Below are positions 1 through 12,815 of a stretch of DNA of 64,000 nucleotides, in pieces. How positions within the stretch are numbered: position 1 is the first letter of the stretch; each line of letters begins with the position of its first letter. Under the pieces are notes generated by a model, which was not told the DNA's origin, searched no databases, and worked only from the letters and a program-made list of their open reading frames with translations. The DNA is from Lytechinus pictus (lineage: Eukaryota), in NCBI RefSeq assembly GCF_037042905.1, contig NC_087251.1, forward strand, positions 18,292,001 to 18,356,000, in the 5' to 3' direction. The position numbers and the translations under genes were made by a program.

Positions 1-53
1 AAGTCTCCCACACAACAGTCCCACTCCCAGATCTGACATCTCATCTTTCCTTC

Positions 54-912
54 TAGACCAAAAGCTTCAGTCTCTGTATTTTGGTTGTTCCGCTGAACTG
101 CGTTGGCTCACTCACCAATACATAGACTGAAGAGCTTGGAGGCCCGTACATACAGACAACGTATTAGCAGGAACGTTAGATCTAACATTCGGCGGAACCC
201 CATTTTCCGATCGTTTTTTTGTACATAAAATGTCACATTATGAAAAAGAAATCACATCCATATTTACGGGAAAATGTTAAAAATTCAGATATATCGTACC
301 TTAGACCGCAGTTACCGCTAATTCCTTTCAAATGATGATCGAAACATCGTCATCTTCGATCCTTTCGTTGGTCAACGTAAGTTGCCATCTTTGAATTTTG
401 ATGACGTCATCATCCTTACAGACGTATTTACCAGTCGCTATATATCGCGATTTGTGCCGCTGCTTTGCGCTTGTAGATGTGCGTGCGTTCGGAACTTGTC
501 GCTCGCATTGATTGGCCAGGATATCGAAAATTTAATCGGAAAGCCTTGATAATTAAGCACAACTCGTTGACGGCTGCCATTTTTTCCTCTCCGGCAGAAA
601 ATTTAAAAAATAAGGAATAACCCGGGGAATAACTCATCGGTAACTAGAACTTACATACAGTAGTATCAAAAGAAAGATTAGACTTCTAACGAAAATAGTG
701 GGCCTTCGCGTTCAAGATAATATAATGTCATTTCGAATCTAAAAGAAATTAAAATCTGGACAAAACCCGTCCTCCGAATTGCCAACCAGATTACACATGC
801 AGGCTCGCACTAACACACTACCGTCGGTGAATGGGGATTAAAAATGTAAAAAAAAAGTAAAATGTCAGAAATTGTTGAATAAATCCCCAGAAACGACGGT
901 TATTCCTGTCTA
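54..912. mobile_element. Non-autonomous DNA transposon, TAGAC...GTCTA termini, 9-bp TSD (AcademH-like)
   Basis: Starts TAGACC (54) and ends CCTGTCTA (912), flanked by the direct repeat CTTTCCTTC (45-53, 913-921). Its ends are homologous, in inverted orientation, to the elements at 19812-20364. Superfamily inferred from termini and TSD length. Confidence 0.75.
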
Positions 913-1856
913 CTTTCCTTCTTGATTTTGATTAGCCGAGAGGCACTGTTCTTTTGGATAAACAGGACTTGCCAGACAAAACCTCCGACAAGTCCTTTCA
1001 TTCATGAATTGCTCCCCAGAGACAGGAGAAATCATATTCATCCAATGATCCACATCCAGTAATGTAATGTTGTGATGAGATGGGGTTTATTACATGTACT
1101 TACACAGAAATAAACGAATGGGACTACAATAGATTATCATGATTATTGAGTAATTTAGTCTACACATTTATCAACGTTTTAATAAACCATGAAATGAAAA
1201 TCAAAATAATTCATTGGGAACAAATAAACTCACAACAGATTTTCCGTCAACCAACCAATTCAATACTTCTTTAATTGACAGCTTTTTGGACAAAATATGT
1301 TCCAAGATCACCGCCATTTTTAAAAGGCACAGCTGATCAAGACTGGTACAGTTTATTTCCTGTTTGATCTCTCGGTCGCGTCGCCGATCGAGAATCGACG
1401 CCAATACAAATCGTGAAACCTCGTCAACTACCCGCCCGAAGAGTTTGGCACAGTTGTCCGCAGCTTCAATTGTACAGCAGAAGCAGCCAACAGTAGCGTA
1501 CTAGCTGAGAAAGGGCATATGTCTGTAGGAATTTCGCGCCGTTTGCGAGCTTGAGATGATAAACAATAGGGAAACAGCGTGCATAAACAGTACAGAATCA
1601 GAGACTGATACTTGTCAAACGTCAAACTTTATAGCTTCATCTACCTAGCGGGACCTAACTTCATACTTCACCAAACTTAGCTTCAATCTTCATCTCTCTA
1701 CTTGTCAATTCATATGCCCGGTCCTAGTACTAGTAGTACATTTTGGCCTACATTTTTCATATTGTTTTGTCATTGATTGACATTGTTTTTTAGATTACAA
1801 CGCTGCACGCTGATTGTTATTAATCGTCGATATTGAGTCTTTTTGCTGTCATCAAA

Positions 1857-4800
1857 ATGCCGAAACGACCGAATCCCTTCTCTGGTGACTTTTGCCCTTT
1901 TCAACTGAAAACATTTGTGACTCAACGACAAGTTAATATGGGGGTCAACAAGGAAGCAAATATGAAAGTGGTCTATGGTGAGCATCACATTATGATTGTG
2001 TTATAATTAAAAGAGCGACTGTAATATTAATGAAGATCTAGATTCTAGAATATGTAGGCCTACCAGTAATTTTTTTCAAGCTCTTGCCCTTGCTTGCCTT
2101 GGCTTGGCCATCTCTGGTTACCGTTTAGTTTACTTCGTCCCTTTGGCTTTGCCTTTTGCATGTTTGGAGCTGCATGAGCTGGGTCTATTTTGTTTTTGTT
2201 TCAAAGGTTATGTTACTAATTCACCCCCAAAATGCAATTAGAATGGATCATATTTTTACAGGAAAGGGGGGTGCTAAGCCTAAGACAAGTTAATATTATA
2301 ATATTTAACTAGAGTCTAGGTCTAGACTCTAGATCTATTTGGAGAGAATTTACTTTTTCATGTGTTTAAATTGAAAGAGTAAAAAGAAATTAAAGTCAAG
2401 ATAGAGAAGCCAAATCATCGGAAATTAATCATGTTGATCTGTTATTGTTGAGACTGCACTGTACATGTACCTTTCTCAGAATTTCAAAAGTGAAAGCTTT
2501 ATTTGTGGTCATGAACTGTAGAAAATGTCATGTTTTATGGATTTTCCACTGATTCTATTTCTATTTCTGAAATTTCCAACAGATCGCACATTACAGCTTT
2601 TGAGAGATGGTCAGAGATCTATGGCTGCTCAAGGTCAAGAGGTCGAGATGATGGAAGACAATCCTGTACAGAATAACAATAATCCCACAACTATTACGGC
2701 TAGTCCAAGCCCTCCATCATGTCACAACGATCAGTATAGATTGAGCATGTCAGGACAACTAGTTTACAGTAATTCTCCCCTTAAGAGTGTTAACAAAAAA
2801 CAAGGTAATGATAAGAGTTATAATTACATATGTAAATGTACGTCCCGCTTTAGGCTTGATTGCCCCTTTTCCACCTTGCCAAAAGAAATAGCCAACAAAA
2901 ATCTATTTGACCGCATATATTGTTCTCATCAATACTTGGGTCAGCTAAAGAAGATTTCTCATGTCCTAAAAGGTCATAAAATTTTGGTCCCTCCAAAAAC
3001 ATGTATGAAGGCATGTAAGTGTGACTTGGGAATTAGGCTGGCCAATAGTGTTTTAGTACCCTTTCCCATCTGGAGCTGTCTTAGCCCTGGTTGGTCCACA
3101 CTTTCCCGTTCATAAATGTACATGGCCAGGTAAATAATTTTCACATCTAGATTTTTGGCAGATCAAACTTCTTTTTTTTTCAGTTTCTCCATTCAGTTTT
3201 GTAGCTTTATAATGTCTTTATGAACAATTTTAATTTGATTTGATAGCCAGTCATTTAGTGGGCTCTGCATTGGAATGAAGTAGCCTAATGGATATTAAAT
3301 GGTTAAGACTTCAGATCAGTGTTTCTTTGTATGTTTGAGGGATTTGTTTTAGGGGGATTCAGGGAGGGGGACATTTTTGCTTTCTCTTTTCACAAAAAAA
3401 TAATGACATCCAATGCTGGAACATATCACACCAATTGAATCCAGTTTTATAACCACTCATTAATATATTTTTTTTCATTGAGGGAAGTCTTTTTTCTATT
3501 TCTTTGATAACATAACCACCTAAAAGTGAGATCAGACAAAAAGTGTACCAGGGAGTTCTAACTCCCAACTCCCTGCATGTACAATACTTCATGCTGAAAC
3601 CCAATGTCCAATAACTGCATGAACATTCAGAAATTTTGATGCATCATGTTATTGTCATCTGTAATTTTGATTCTTAGTTGTGAATGTGTGTAAAAAAAGA
3701 GTGAGTATTACCAAGATGTGAAATTATATTTTGATATCGTCTATTTAAATATTGAAATTTTACTCCTAGAGAAACTACATATTTATAATCAAATATTGTC
3801 TTTCATGGAACAGTTTACACCATGTTTACTCTAACAAAAGGCACAGACTCTCAGAGAGAGATTGTGTTGAAAAAAAATACACAGTGACTTGTGGGCAATC
3901 TTGCCCCAAAATGTTCAAAAGAGCCATGGAAATTCCCCAATTCATTGCAATGTTAAAGCTTATCCAATGTTGCAGATTAAGGCAGTACGTTGTAAAAAGT
4001 AGCCCCTGAAAATACAAGAAAAAAATAATTGCCTGGATCATGTACATGTAGTGAAGATTGGCCCAGTTGCCCTAAGGTACCCAGACAATTACAGTGTGCA
4101 AGTACAGATAAATGTTTATCTAAATGCAGGCATATAGCTTCTATATTTCATTATGAACTGCGAGAATATGTTATCTGTTAAGCTTAGCAGGATCATAAAT
4201 TCCTTTTTTCTCAATTTCTTCCAGATTATTCAAAGGTACTTTGTGTAGTTTGTCAAAACCCTGGTATGCCAGTTCACTTTGTCTGTGCTTACTGTGAGAA
4301 GAATTTGTGCTATGGATGTAGAAAAATCTGTGTCAACTGTGAGAGTGGATTCTGCACAAGTTGCTCAACAGTCAAGTAAGTTTTCACCAAACAATATCAT
4401 TCACTGGTGGGCTGAAAAAAACCTTGTATCTCAAAATTTAAATAGTTTGATGATAGCTCAGAATAAGCTAGATTTTAGAGTTATATTTGTAACATTATTA
4501 TAACATGGGTAGCAACCTTTTGCCTTGAAAGAGTTCTTCACAGGTACAATGATCAGGAGACCGATTTCAGACAATTATGAATCTGCCACTATTGCTATTC
4601 TTGATATCTGTCAAGTCATTGATGATCTCGGGGCGATGCCAGTGTATCTTTAACAGAGGAGAAACACAACCTGGAAAATAGCATCATTTATTTTGTTAAT
4701 AGAATGATAGGGGTGGTATAGAGATACATGACTGCAATCTCTTTATTATCTCTTCCCTTCCTTCCTCTTTTATTTTGTTTTCCACTTCTTGCAAAACCAA

Positions 4801-7365
4801 GGGGGGGGGGGTTCAGTCACCCCCTTTTGCACCATCCCCTGAATGAGCTACATTGCACATGTACATGCAATTTAATTGTTACTGTACTGTAAGCTTCAGT
4901 ATAGCTGACCATTCAATTAAAAAAAATTCAATTAAAAAATGGTCTGTATTGATAATCAAACATGTTAACAATCATACATGAAAAAACAGCAAAAGCTGGA
5001 AAAATCATGTTTACAAGTTGGTGTTGGCTGACTTGGCTCAATTAAATACAGTAAAAACCATAGTAAAATGCATTTAAAAAGGCTATACATTTAAATGTTA
5101 ATACAATTTAGATAAGGCATAAAAGGCAATGAATTAATGAAGTGTAATATGATAATGGCAGACTTGAAGGAGAGAGACTGACACTTATCTAAATGACAAA
5201 AATAATTGTATGGTGGGGTGGGGATGACCATTTTGCATTGTCTTTCCTAGTCGGCACACTCATCTTTTGTTGAGTATGTCAACCAAAAAAGGCAATGGTC
5301 TGTTTTTAAATCTTGTTGTTCTTATTGGAAATTGTTGATAGTTGTTTGTTTGACGAAGAGATATGTTTGTATGTTTTTTTCGAGGTAGCCATGTCTTACA
5401 CAGAGGATGAGTTGAAAGTGATTTTGCAAATTTTTTAGTGTCAGTCTTCTCTCCTCAAGTGTTGGTAAATTACATACTTGACATGCATTTGTGTATGTGA
5501 TGTAATTATGTCCTAAGATAATTTTACATACTCTCCGTTGTATTCTTTCAATAGTATTATTTTGTTTTGCTGTAAGACTGCTATGGATAACTGGAGCACA
5601 ATATTCTAAAATTGGTCGTATACTGTATAACCCATATATTTGTCACTAAATCCTTCAAAGGTAAATTGAACTTTTTCAGTTTCCTTAACATATGGCACCT
5701 TTTAACCAAGTCATTGACATGTACAGTGTAAATTCCATTTCAAATCAGACCATCAGACCATTTGTTTAATAGCAAAATCATTGCTATATCAGGCATCATG
5801 TAGCATCAACAGAAGAAACAAACCCAATTTAGTTGTTTATAATGTTTGTTTATAATGTTTCCCTGCACAGTGCACACATGTGTATACAGGGAAGTAAGAG
5901 ACAAATCTAAGAGTTGCATGACTCGACTTATTTTTTATAATGCATTTACATACATTTACACACTTCACATTTTCCTGTTATTTCAGGAAATTGCTCATGT
6001 CGTACATGTATGTAGGCCTACATGTATTTGTTGCTGTGTGTTTTTACTATATTGCTATTTTTTTTTGCAAATATTTCAATGGGATTACTAAGTACTTGAT
6101 TTGTATATACTTGCACATACAGAGATACAGGCAAACAATAAAACTATGTTTATTTTAGATGTGTCAGATGGTAGACCACTAAACTGTTGGATGATATCGA
6201 TCAATGATGATATTTTAAAGTAAATATCAAATTCCACAATATATTTTCCAGCTATGTTTGTTTGCCATCATTTTTTAAGTTATTATTATCCTGGCTTGGT
6301 GAGTGGGTGTGCTTCAAGGTGCCCCTCCACTTTTTGAAGCACTGAAAAAGTGCCCTTTTTTAACGCAAGAAAATGCCCCCTCATGAACGTGTACTGTGCC
6401 CCTTTCATCGGAAGAGGACCCATTTTAGGTGTTACCAAGTGCCATTTCTCGTATAAATGCCAATTTTTCCCCCAAAAAAATGCTGCTCACGGACGTGTTC
6501 TGTGCCCTTTTCACCTGAGAAGGACCTGCTATATGTCTGAGCAAATGCTCCCTTGCCTTGTAACTACCCTTTCTCGAATCAGTGCCCATTTTTACCCAAG
6601 AAAAGTGCCCTTCATGAACATGTCCTCTGCCCCTTTCACCTGAAAAGGATCCTTTTTATGCCATTAGCAAGTTCCTTTTTGCCATCTTATACAATGTAAG
6701 TGCTTTTTCTTGTATCAGTGCCCCTTTTTACCCATGAAAAGTGCCCCTCACGAACACGTTCTGTGCCCCTTTTACCCGAGAAGGACCTGTTTTATGTGTT
6801 AACGTGTGCCCCTTTCCCTTCTCATAGGTGCCTGTTCTTCATATCAGGAAGTTGTCCTGAAAACCACTCTTTTCGTGCCTGATTAGCACCCGGTTTCTTT
6901 ATTTAGCGCCAGTCTGCTTCCTTATGCAAGTGCAAAATGAATGAAAAAACTTGTGAAAATAATCCTACATGTACGTGCCATAAGTTTCATGAATCATGTC
7001 AGTGGGGTAGATAAGTCATTTCTTCTGCTCTGTTGTTTACATTTGGGTATTTAAGTTAAAAAGATTGTATCATCATATATTTTTAATGTCTCTTCTTTCT
7101 CTCTATCCCTAAATGTCTCTCTTTCTATTATTTATCTTTCCTTTTTTCCTCTCACTCTTTCTATTCCTTTACCTTTTATGTCATCTCTATATTTCTCTTT
7201 TACCCTTTCTCCCCCCTCCCCTCTCTCTCTCTCTATTTCTGTCTCTCCCTTTTCTTCTCCCTTCTCAATCCACCCCTCTCTCTCTCTCTCTCTGTTTTCA
7301 TATTATTATTATCCAGTTATGATGAGAGATGTGACAGGGTGTTCTGCTTGAATTGCTCATACTGA
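1857..7365 (+). CDS. SIVA1: Apoptosis regulatory protein Siva, ~180 aa, 4 coding exons
   Basis: Exons 1857-1977, 2583-2804, 4225-4375, 7317-7365; all GT-AG with compatible phases (1,1,2). Protein MPKRPNPFSGDFCPFQLKTFVTQRQVNMGV...DRTLQLLRDGQ...CVVCQ...CAYCEKNLCYGCRKICVNCESGFCTSCSTVNYDERCDRVFCLNCSY* matches the Siva N-terminus (MPKRxxPF...QLK) and its Cys-rich zinc-binding C-terminus. Confidence 0.92.
6340..6840. repeat. Degenerate GTGCCC-rich dispersed/tandem repeat in SIVA1 intron 3
   Basis: Recurring GTGCCCTT/GTGCCCCTTT and GAAAAGTGCCC motifs. Confidence 0.55.
7085..7295. repeat. CT-rich low-complexity tract before the last SIVA1 exon
   Basis: (CT)n and pyrimidine runs. Confidence 0.8.
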
Positions 7366-8072
7366 GGATGTGGCAATGTAAACCTTGATGTTGGGAAATC
7401 TGTTGACATGAAGATCAATTCCGTTTGGACCAGGATCTGAGCCTGTCGGATAGAGGAAGTTCATCAAAGTACATGTATACCATTGTTGATGACTGAAATA
7501 ACAGGTGACTTTTGCTCTTTGCTCGACAGTGTAAACATGAAAACAAACTGACTTTGTTTCATATCCATATGACATCAATGTATTTTGTGCCAAAGAGAAT
7601 ACTGTGCTAATTTTGAAAGTGCCTGTAGTGAAGCTTGATACATGTATTTACTGATTTTTACTCTTACACTGTAACTCAGTTTTGTTGACCTTTACATGTG
7701 TTTGATCTCCAGGTTATTTAAAATAATGGAGTGAGTCAGTATATGTTCAAATATAGTTTGCAACTTTGCACAGTACCTTAAAATGTCATGTTTCCATTTG
7801 GACTCACTGCATTGTTGCTACTAGATTCATTGAATAGTTATGAAATAAGTCCAATAGTGTTCTTGACAATAAAAGTGTGTGAAGTCAAATCTAATAAACA
7901 AAAAAGGGATATAGACAGGGCTCCACACTAACCCTTTTTTTCTACTGGTCCAACATGTTCATGTCAGACCAGTAGATATCCAGTTTTTCCATTGTAATAC
8001 TGGTCCCCAAAATAAAGAAAAACATAAAAAAGACTTGAGTTTATTTTGCTTTCTTTTATTGCCCCCCCCCCC

Positions 8073-8104
<32 letters not shown>

Positions 8105-10350
8105 GTACAGTACACACACACATGAGAGCCATTTTTCAATTTTGGAGAGTCATTTTTAAGATGCCAGAGCCAGTTTTATAATTTACAAAAGAGGAGAAAA
8201 TAACATTTGTATCAGTTTGATACATGTATACTTTTTACTGGTCATGTCAGACCAGTAAATCTGGATATTTCTAAAAAGTTACTGGCTCAACAGCAATTTT
8301 TACTGGTCTGGGATCGTCAAACCGGCACCAGTGTAGCAGTATAGCATTTCTGGTAAAGAAAGATTAGATGATTTAGGCTACGTGTCCATATTTGATAAAG
8401 ATAACTTGGGATCAAAGCAATCAGATATTAAATGTTTAATTAAAGCCAAATACATTTATGTGATTAATTTTCCTATGAATTGTAAGTGGTATATCCATTT
8501 GCTGCATCTTTTCAGTGTCATGGTTTTTTTTTATACATTTTCTTGCATTTGAAAAGCAGGGTACTGTTTGAATACCGGTACTGGAGGTACATCATAATGA
8601 TAACAAGAAGTGAACATGCAGTTTTACATAAGTACATGTAGGCATATGCAAGCTAAAGTGTACAGGTACATGTATATTGGGAAGGACTTAGGTAAAGTGA
8701 ATAATGAACAAGTCTCTTTATTACAGGGTCCAGGATTCAAATCAGGTCACATGTTTCTTTATTTCCTTATTTACAGAAATTATTATTTTTCAATGCATGA
8801 ATGCCATAATTTTAAACACGATGAGTAGTATTATTAAAAAATCAATGTGAAATAGTATTTCATGAGCACTTTGTATAATTTCACATGTTACTTTGGACAC
8901 TGAGAGATTAAATTAAAGCCCAATCAAGAACTAATTAGGACATTTAGGAGGGATTTCGAAAAAGTACGAATATAAAGAGATATTGCATGAATGCATAATA
9001 ACCATTTGTATCTTTGCTCTGCGTTATAATGCCAAATCACTTGGCTGAAATACTCCCCAGGGAGTGGATATTGTGCATGTATGTATTTTATGTAAAGCAG
9101 AACCTACATGTATTTGTGGCAGCTACATGTATATGTACATGTATGATGTCAAAGTCTTTAAAGCTCTTTTTGAAATCATTGTTACATGTATAAATTGTTA
9201 GTAATATTAATACTACTGTGATTTGAAAAATTGTATAAATTGTTACAGACATATATATGTTACCAGATCAGTAGATGTAAAAATGTATGAAAAGATTGCT
9301 GATATTCAAATTGATGTAGAATTGTTTGATTTACATTGAATTACGTTTTTGTGTTTTGATATTGTCCACTTGAATTTTATGCTTTAATTGTAGTAAGATT
9401 AATTTGAATGATATAAAGTTCTATTTTGTGTTTTGATTTGGTTTCCTTGTGTATTTCTTTGTAATTTCATGTCGTGTAATTGTTATGAATACTTTTTTTT
9501 TACAATGTTGGTAATTACAAGGGTTTGTTTATGTGAAATCATTAAAATGTCATGTTATGTATTACCATGTAACTCAACTGCTGAATCTTATTTCAGAGAC
9601 TTACTCTGAATAATGACTTTCCTCACATGTATTTCATGATCTTGTTGTAACATAGAGATGTGGAGTGCAAAGAGTTGTTACTTGTACAGTATATTGTACA
9701 TTTGTGATGTATAGATGTATCTCATATACACATTGCTTTTCTACTTTTAGAAATATGCAAAAGACTGTTGCCACCTTTTCAATCCAAAGCAGGAATTGCT
9801 CTAGTTTTTATGTATTTGCAGCGATAAAATCACGTTTACTTTGTTTTTTACAAGAGCGCACATTCTCTGTTTCCCTATAAAAAAATACTATTGAAAGCGG
9901 CATCCCAACTTCCAAGTTAATTTGGTCAAAAATTCAATGTCTTGACTTTTAACGAGACTAATCACCTCGTAACTGAAAACACAAAAATTCAGACTACTAG
10001 GACATGATTTTTCTTTGAGAGATCTGTAAAATAATCACATCTGAAATTACTATGTACACATACATGTAGTTATATGCACTGTACATGCATTTTGGTTGAA
10101 AAAGCAGCAGATTTTTCAAACTTAATATGCTACACTGATAATTGTTTTCATATATTTTTGTAAGATGAAATGATGTGACTTGATTGTTTGTACAATAAAT
10201 AAAATGGCCTATCTGATAGGCTATGAATGATATGAATAAATAATACTTTATAAATGCTCCTTTATTTCATTCCATTATATGTTTTGCCTTGTGTGAAGAT
10301 TTTTCATGGTTGAAAGGATTTTGTATTCATGAATAAATATATACAGTATA

Positions 10351-10920
10351 CAGACCTGCCAACCAGTATGTTTAGCCGTATTTAGTACGTTTTTGCAACC
10401 AAAATACGGCAGTACGTTTTTTTCTTTAAAAAATACGTTTTTTTTTTTTTTTTACAAAATCGTAATTTATTGAGAAAAATCATCTCTATATGTCTCTATT
10501 TCATAAAACGTACACAAATATGGTTATTAGATCAATGTAATTTCAGGTAACTTGTTTTTTTTTCAATCATTTTGTAAAAACCAGGGTGAGATATACACAA
10601 GTTTCAATGGGTTTTTTTTTTCATCTGCAAGAGCAGTGCGCATTTTAGCTTGCATGCAGCTTGAGCGCCGTGATGGGCGAGTGCGCCAAGCATTTTTTTT
10701 TTTAATGTTTTATTGATTTTCAAAGGTTTACAATCATCGAATCAATATACATGTAACGAAAGAAAAAATAGTGCGCCAAGCATTTTATTATGAAATACAC
10801 TTTTTTGGGGAAAAATACTAAATATTTATCTCACATGGTAAAAATAACGATTTTTGTGTCAAAATACTGATTTTGAGGTATAAGAATACTGAAAATGCAA
10901 AATACAACTTGGTAGCTCTG
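10351..10920. mobile_element. Non-autonomous TIR element (CAG...CTG) with 6-bp TSD
   Basis: Imperfect TIR CAGACCTGCCAA / TTGGTAGCTCTG; AGTATA on both sides (10345-10350, 10921-10926). Confidence 0.65.
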
Positions 10921-11630
10921 AGTATATACATAAAGGGAGAGAGAGAAATGGTGGGGGTGGTCGTAACTTATATAATCAACTCAAATCCTGGACTGAGTTC
11001 GTTTTGTTTTGTTTTTTTATATTTTTTCAATAAATAATCACATGCCAAAATAGTTACAAAGGATATAAACGATATTATCCAAAACATGAGATTATTTCCT
11101 CAACAATACTGTTTAAAAAAATTCTTCTACAACGTTTCTCGACTTCTAACAATTACAAATCAATCTTTGAAATAAAAAAAATATTCCCAACTCCTGAAAT
11201 ATGCAACTCCGGCTTTCTGTTCCAATTGAAATTTGATAATATACCTGGCATAAAAACACAACAAGATGAATAAAAATTCAATACCTTTTTTTTTACTCGT
11301 ATCCTTTTATTAAAGTAACAACGTTAAAATCGAACCTGATGTCTACAAGATGATATACAATGCTATCAAACCTCCCAATATAATTGTGTTTTCTTGCACG
11401 TTACAAATAAATGAACATTGTCCTGTATTTCACACCATCTTGTGAACATAAATGGTTGTCTCTCAACTTACATTTATACAGATTATAATCTACGCGGTAA
11501 AGCATTATGTAACTGTATTCAAACTTATTATATTTTCTATGACAGCCTGTATATGGAATTACCTTGCAGATTTCTATATCAATCTCTTTTGGCCAAATTT
11601 CTTCCAATCTTTCTTCAGCTTAAAGCTTAA

Positions 11631-12566
11631 GGACGTTCCACAGTTAAAATTAAATCCATGTCATTTTCACCAAACTTTGCACATAGATACTTTAGAACCT
11701 GAATATTCGAAATATGCAAAAATTAACATCGGTCCATGTGCTTGATTTTTTGCTATGGAGCTTCAAAGTTCACCCGAATGAATGTTCTTACGGATTGCGC
11801 ATTCAAAAGAATTTGGTATTTTTAGACCTCGCAAGATCACTACAATGAGTTTAAACCTCTATTACTCAGTCAAAATACATGAAAAAGTCATCAAATTCCG
11901 CAAGAGAGTTAATAAGTGTATCGTTAGAATGGAGAATCTATTTATAGTGCTATTTGTTTGCAATTTTAAGTCTAACAGCACTGTCAGTTCTTAAAAATGG
12001 CGTAAAACATAACAAAAACCCAATCTAAAAAAAGTGAAATTTCAATAACAAAATACAAAAGTACAATAAATGCTGCACTTTATTCATAATCCATGTCATT
12101 TTCACCAAAATTTGCAAAGTTGTAGAAGAAGGTATACCGAAGAGGTGCAAACATTAAAAAATAGGGCTTTATGTGCTTGTTTTCAAACTATCAGCATTTT
12201 CATTAGAGCAAATGTGCTTTTTAAAACACCAAAAATGCGCCAAATGCTTTGTATCTATGAGAAGAAAAAATCAAAACCACTCTACCATTTATTCAAACTC
12301 GGGGTCATATTCGTGATTTTTGGCAGCACTGCAGAGTAAAGTATTTTAAAATTGTAGAGATGTTTTTTTTAACGGTCCATGGAATAATTAAAGTTTTTTA
12401 GCTTCATAAACTAACGCATCGGATCTGCAGTTAGAGTGCAGATGATGAGAAAAATCAGTTCATACCCACAGCTAATTAATCACCTGTTCATCCATTGTGA
12501 CGTCAGCGCGTAGAGTGTAAAATATGCGCAGATCATAATGCGCACAAACATAACTGTGGAACGTCC
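11631..12566. mobile_element. Kolobok-like non-autonomous DNA transposon
   Basis: Perfect 16-bp TIR GGACGTTCCACAGTTA / TAACTGTGGAACGTCC, TTAA on both sides; internal diverged direct repeat AATCCATGTCATTTTCACCAAA at ~11654 and ~12088. Confidence 0.8.
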
Positions 12567-12815
12567 TTAATACTAATATTATTAGAGATAAGACTCTAAA
12601 ATAACTTTGACCCTTTTTATGGGACGGAGTTATTAATAGATATATGGTCAAATTAAATCAGCTTTTTTGAAATAAGCAAAGAACATAAACATACTCCAGA
12701 TTTTTAGGGAACGTCGAAAATTTGAGTAACTTTGAATAAGAATTGGCAACAAAGCATTAAAAGTTCGGAGTAATTGTTATGAAACTCTTATGTATAAATA
12801 TATCTAAACCGCCTC

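Noticed and set aside
2525..3115. 196-aa ORF as a standalone gene
   Set aside because: It is SIVA1 exon 2 (2583-2804) plus intron read-through.
6159..6219. Possible extra SIVA1 exon (TTTTAG|ATGTGT..AAA|GTAAAT)
   Set aside because: It would introduce a stop within five codons, and exons 3 and 4 already join in frame; no support without RNA data.
7113..7322. Hydrophobic or low-complexity ORFs (also 35610-35873, 40477-40683, 52832-53032)
   Set aside because: Translations of CT/GA-rich simple repeats.
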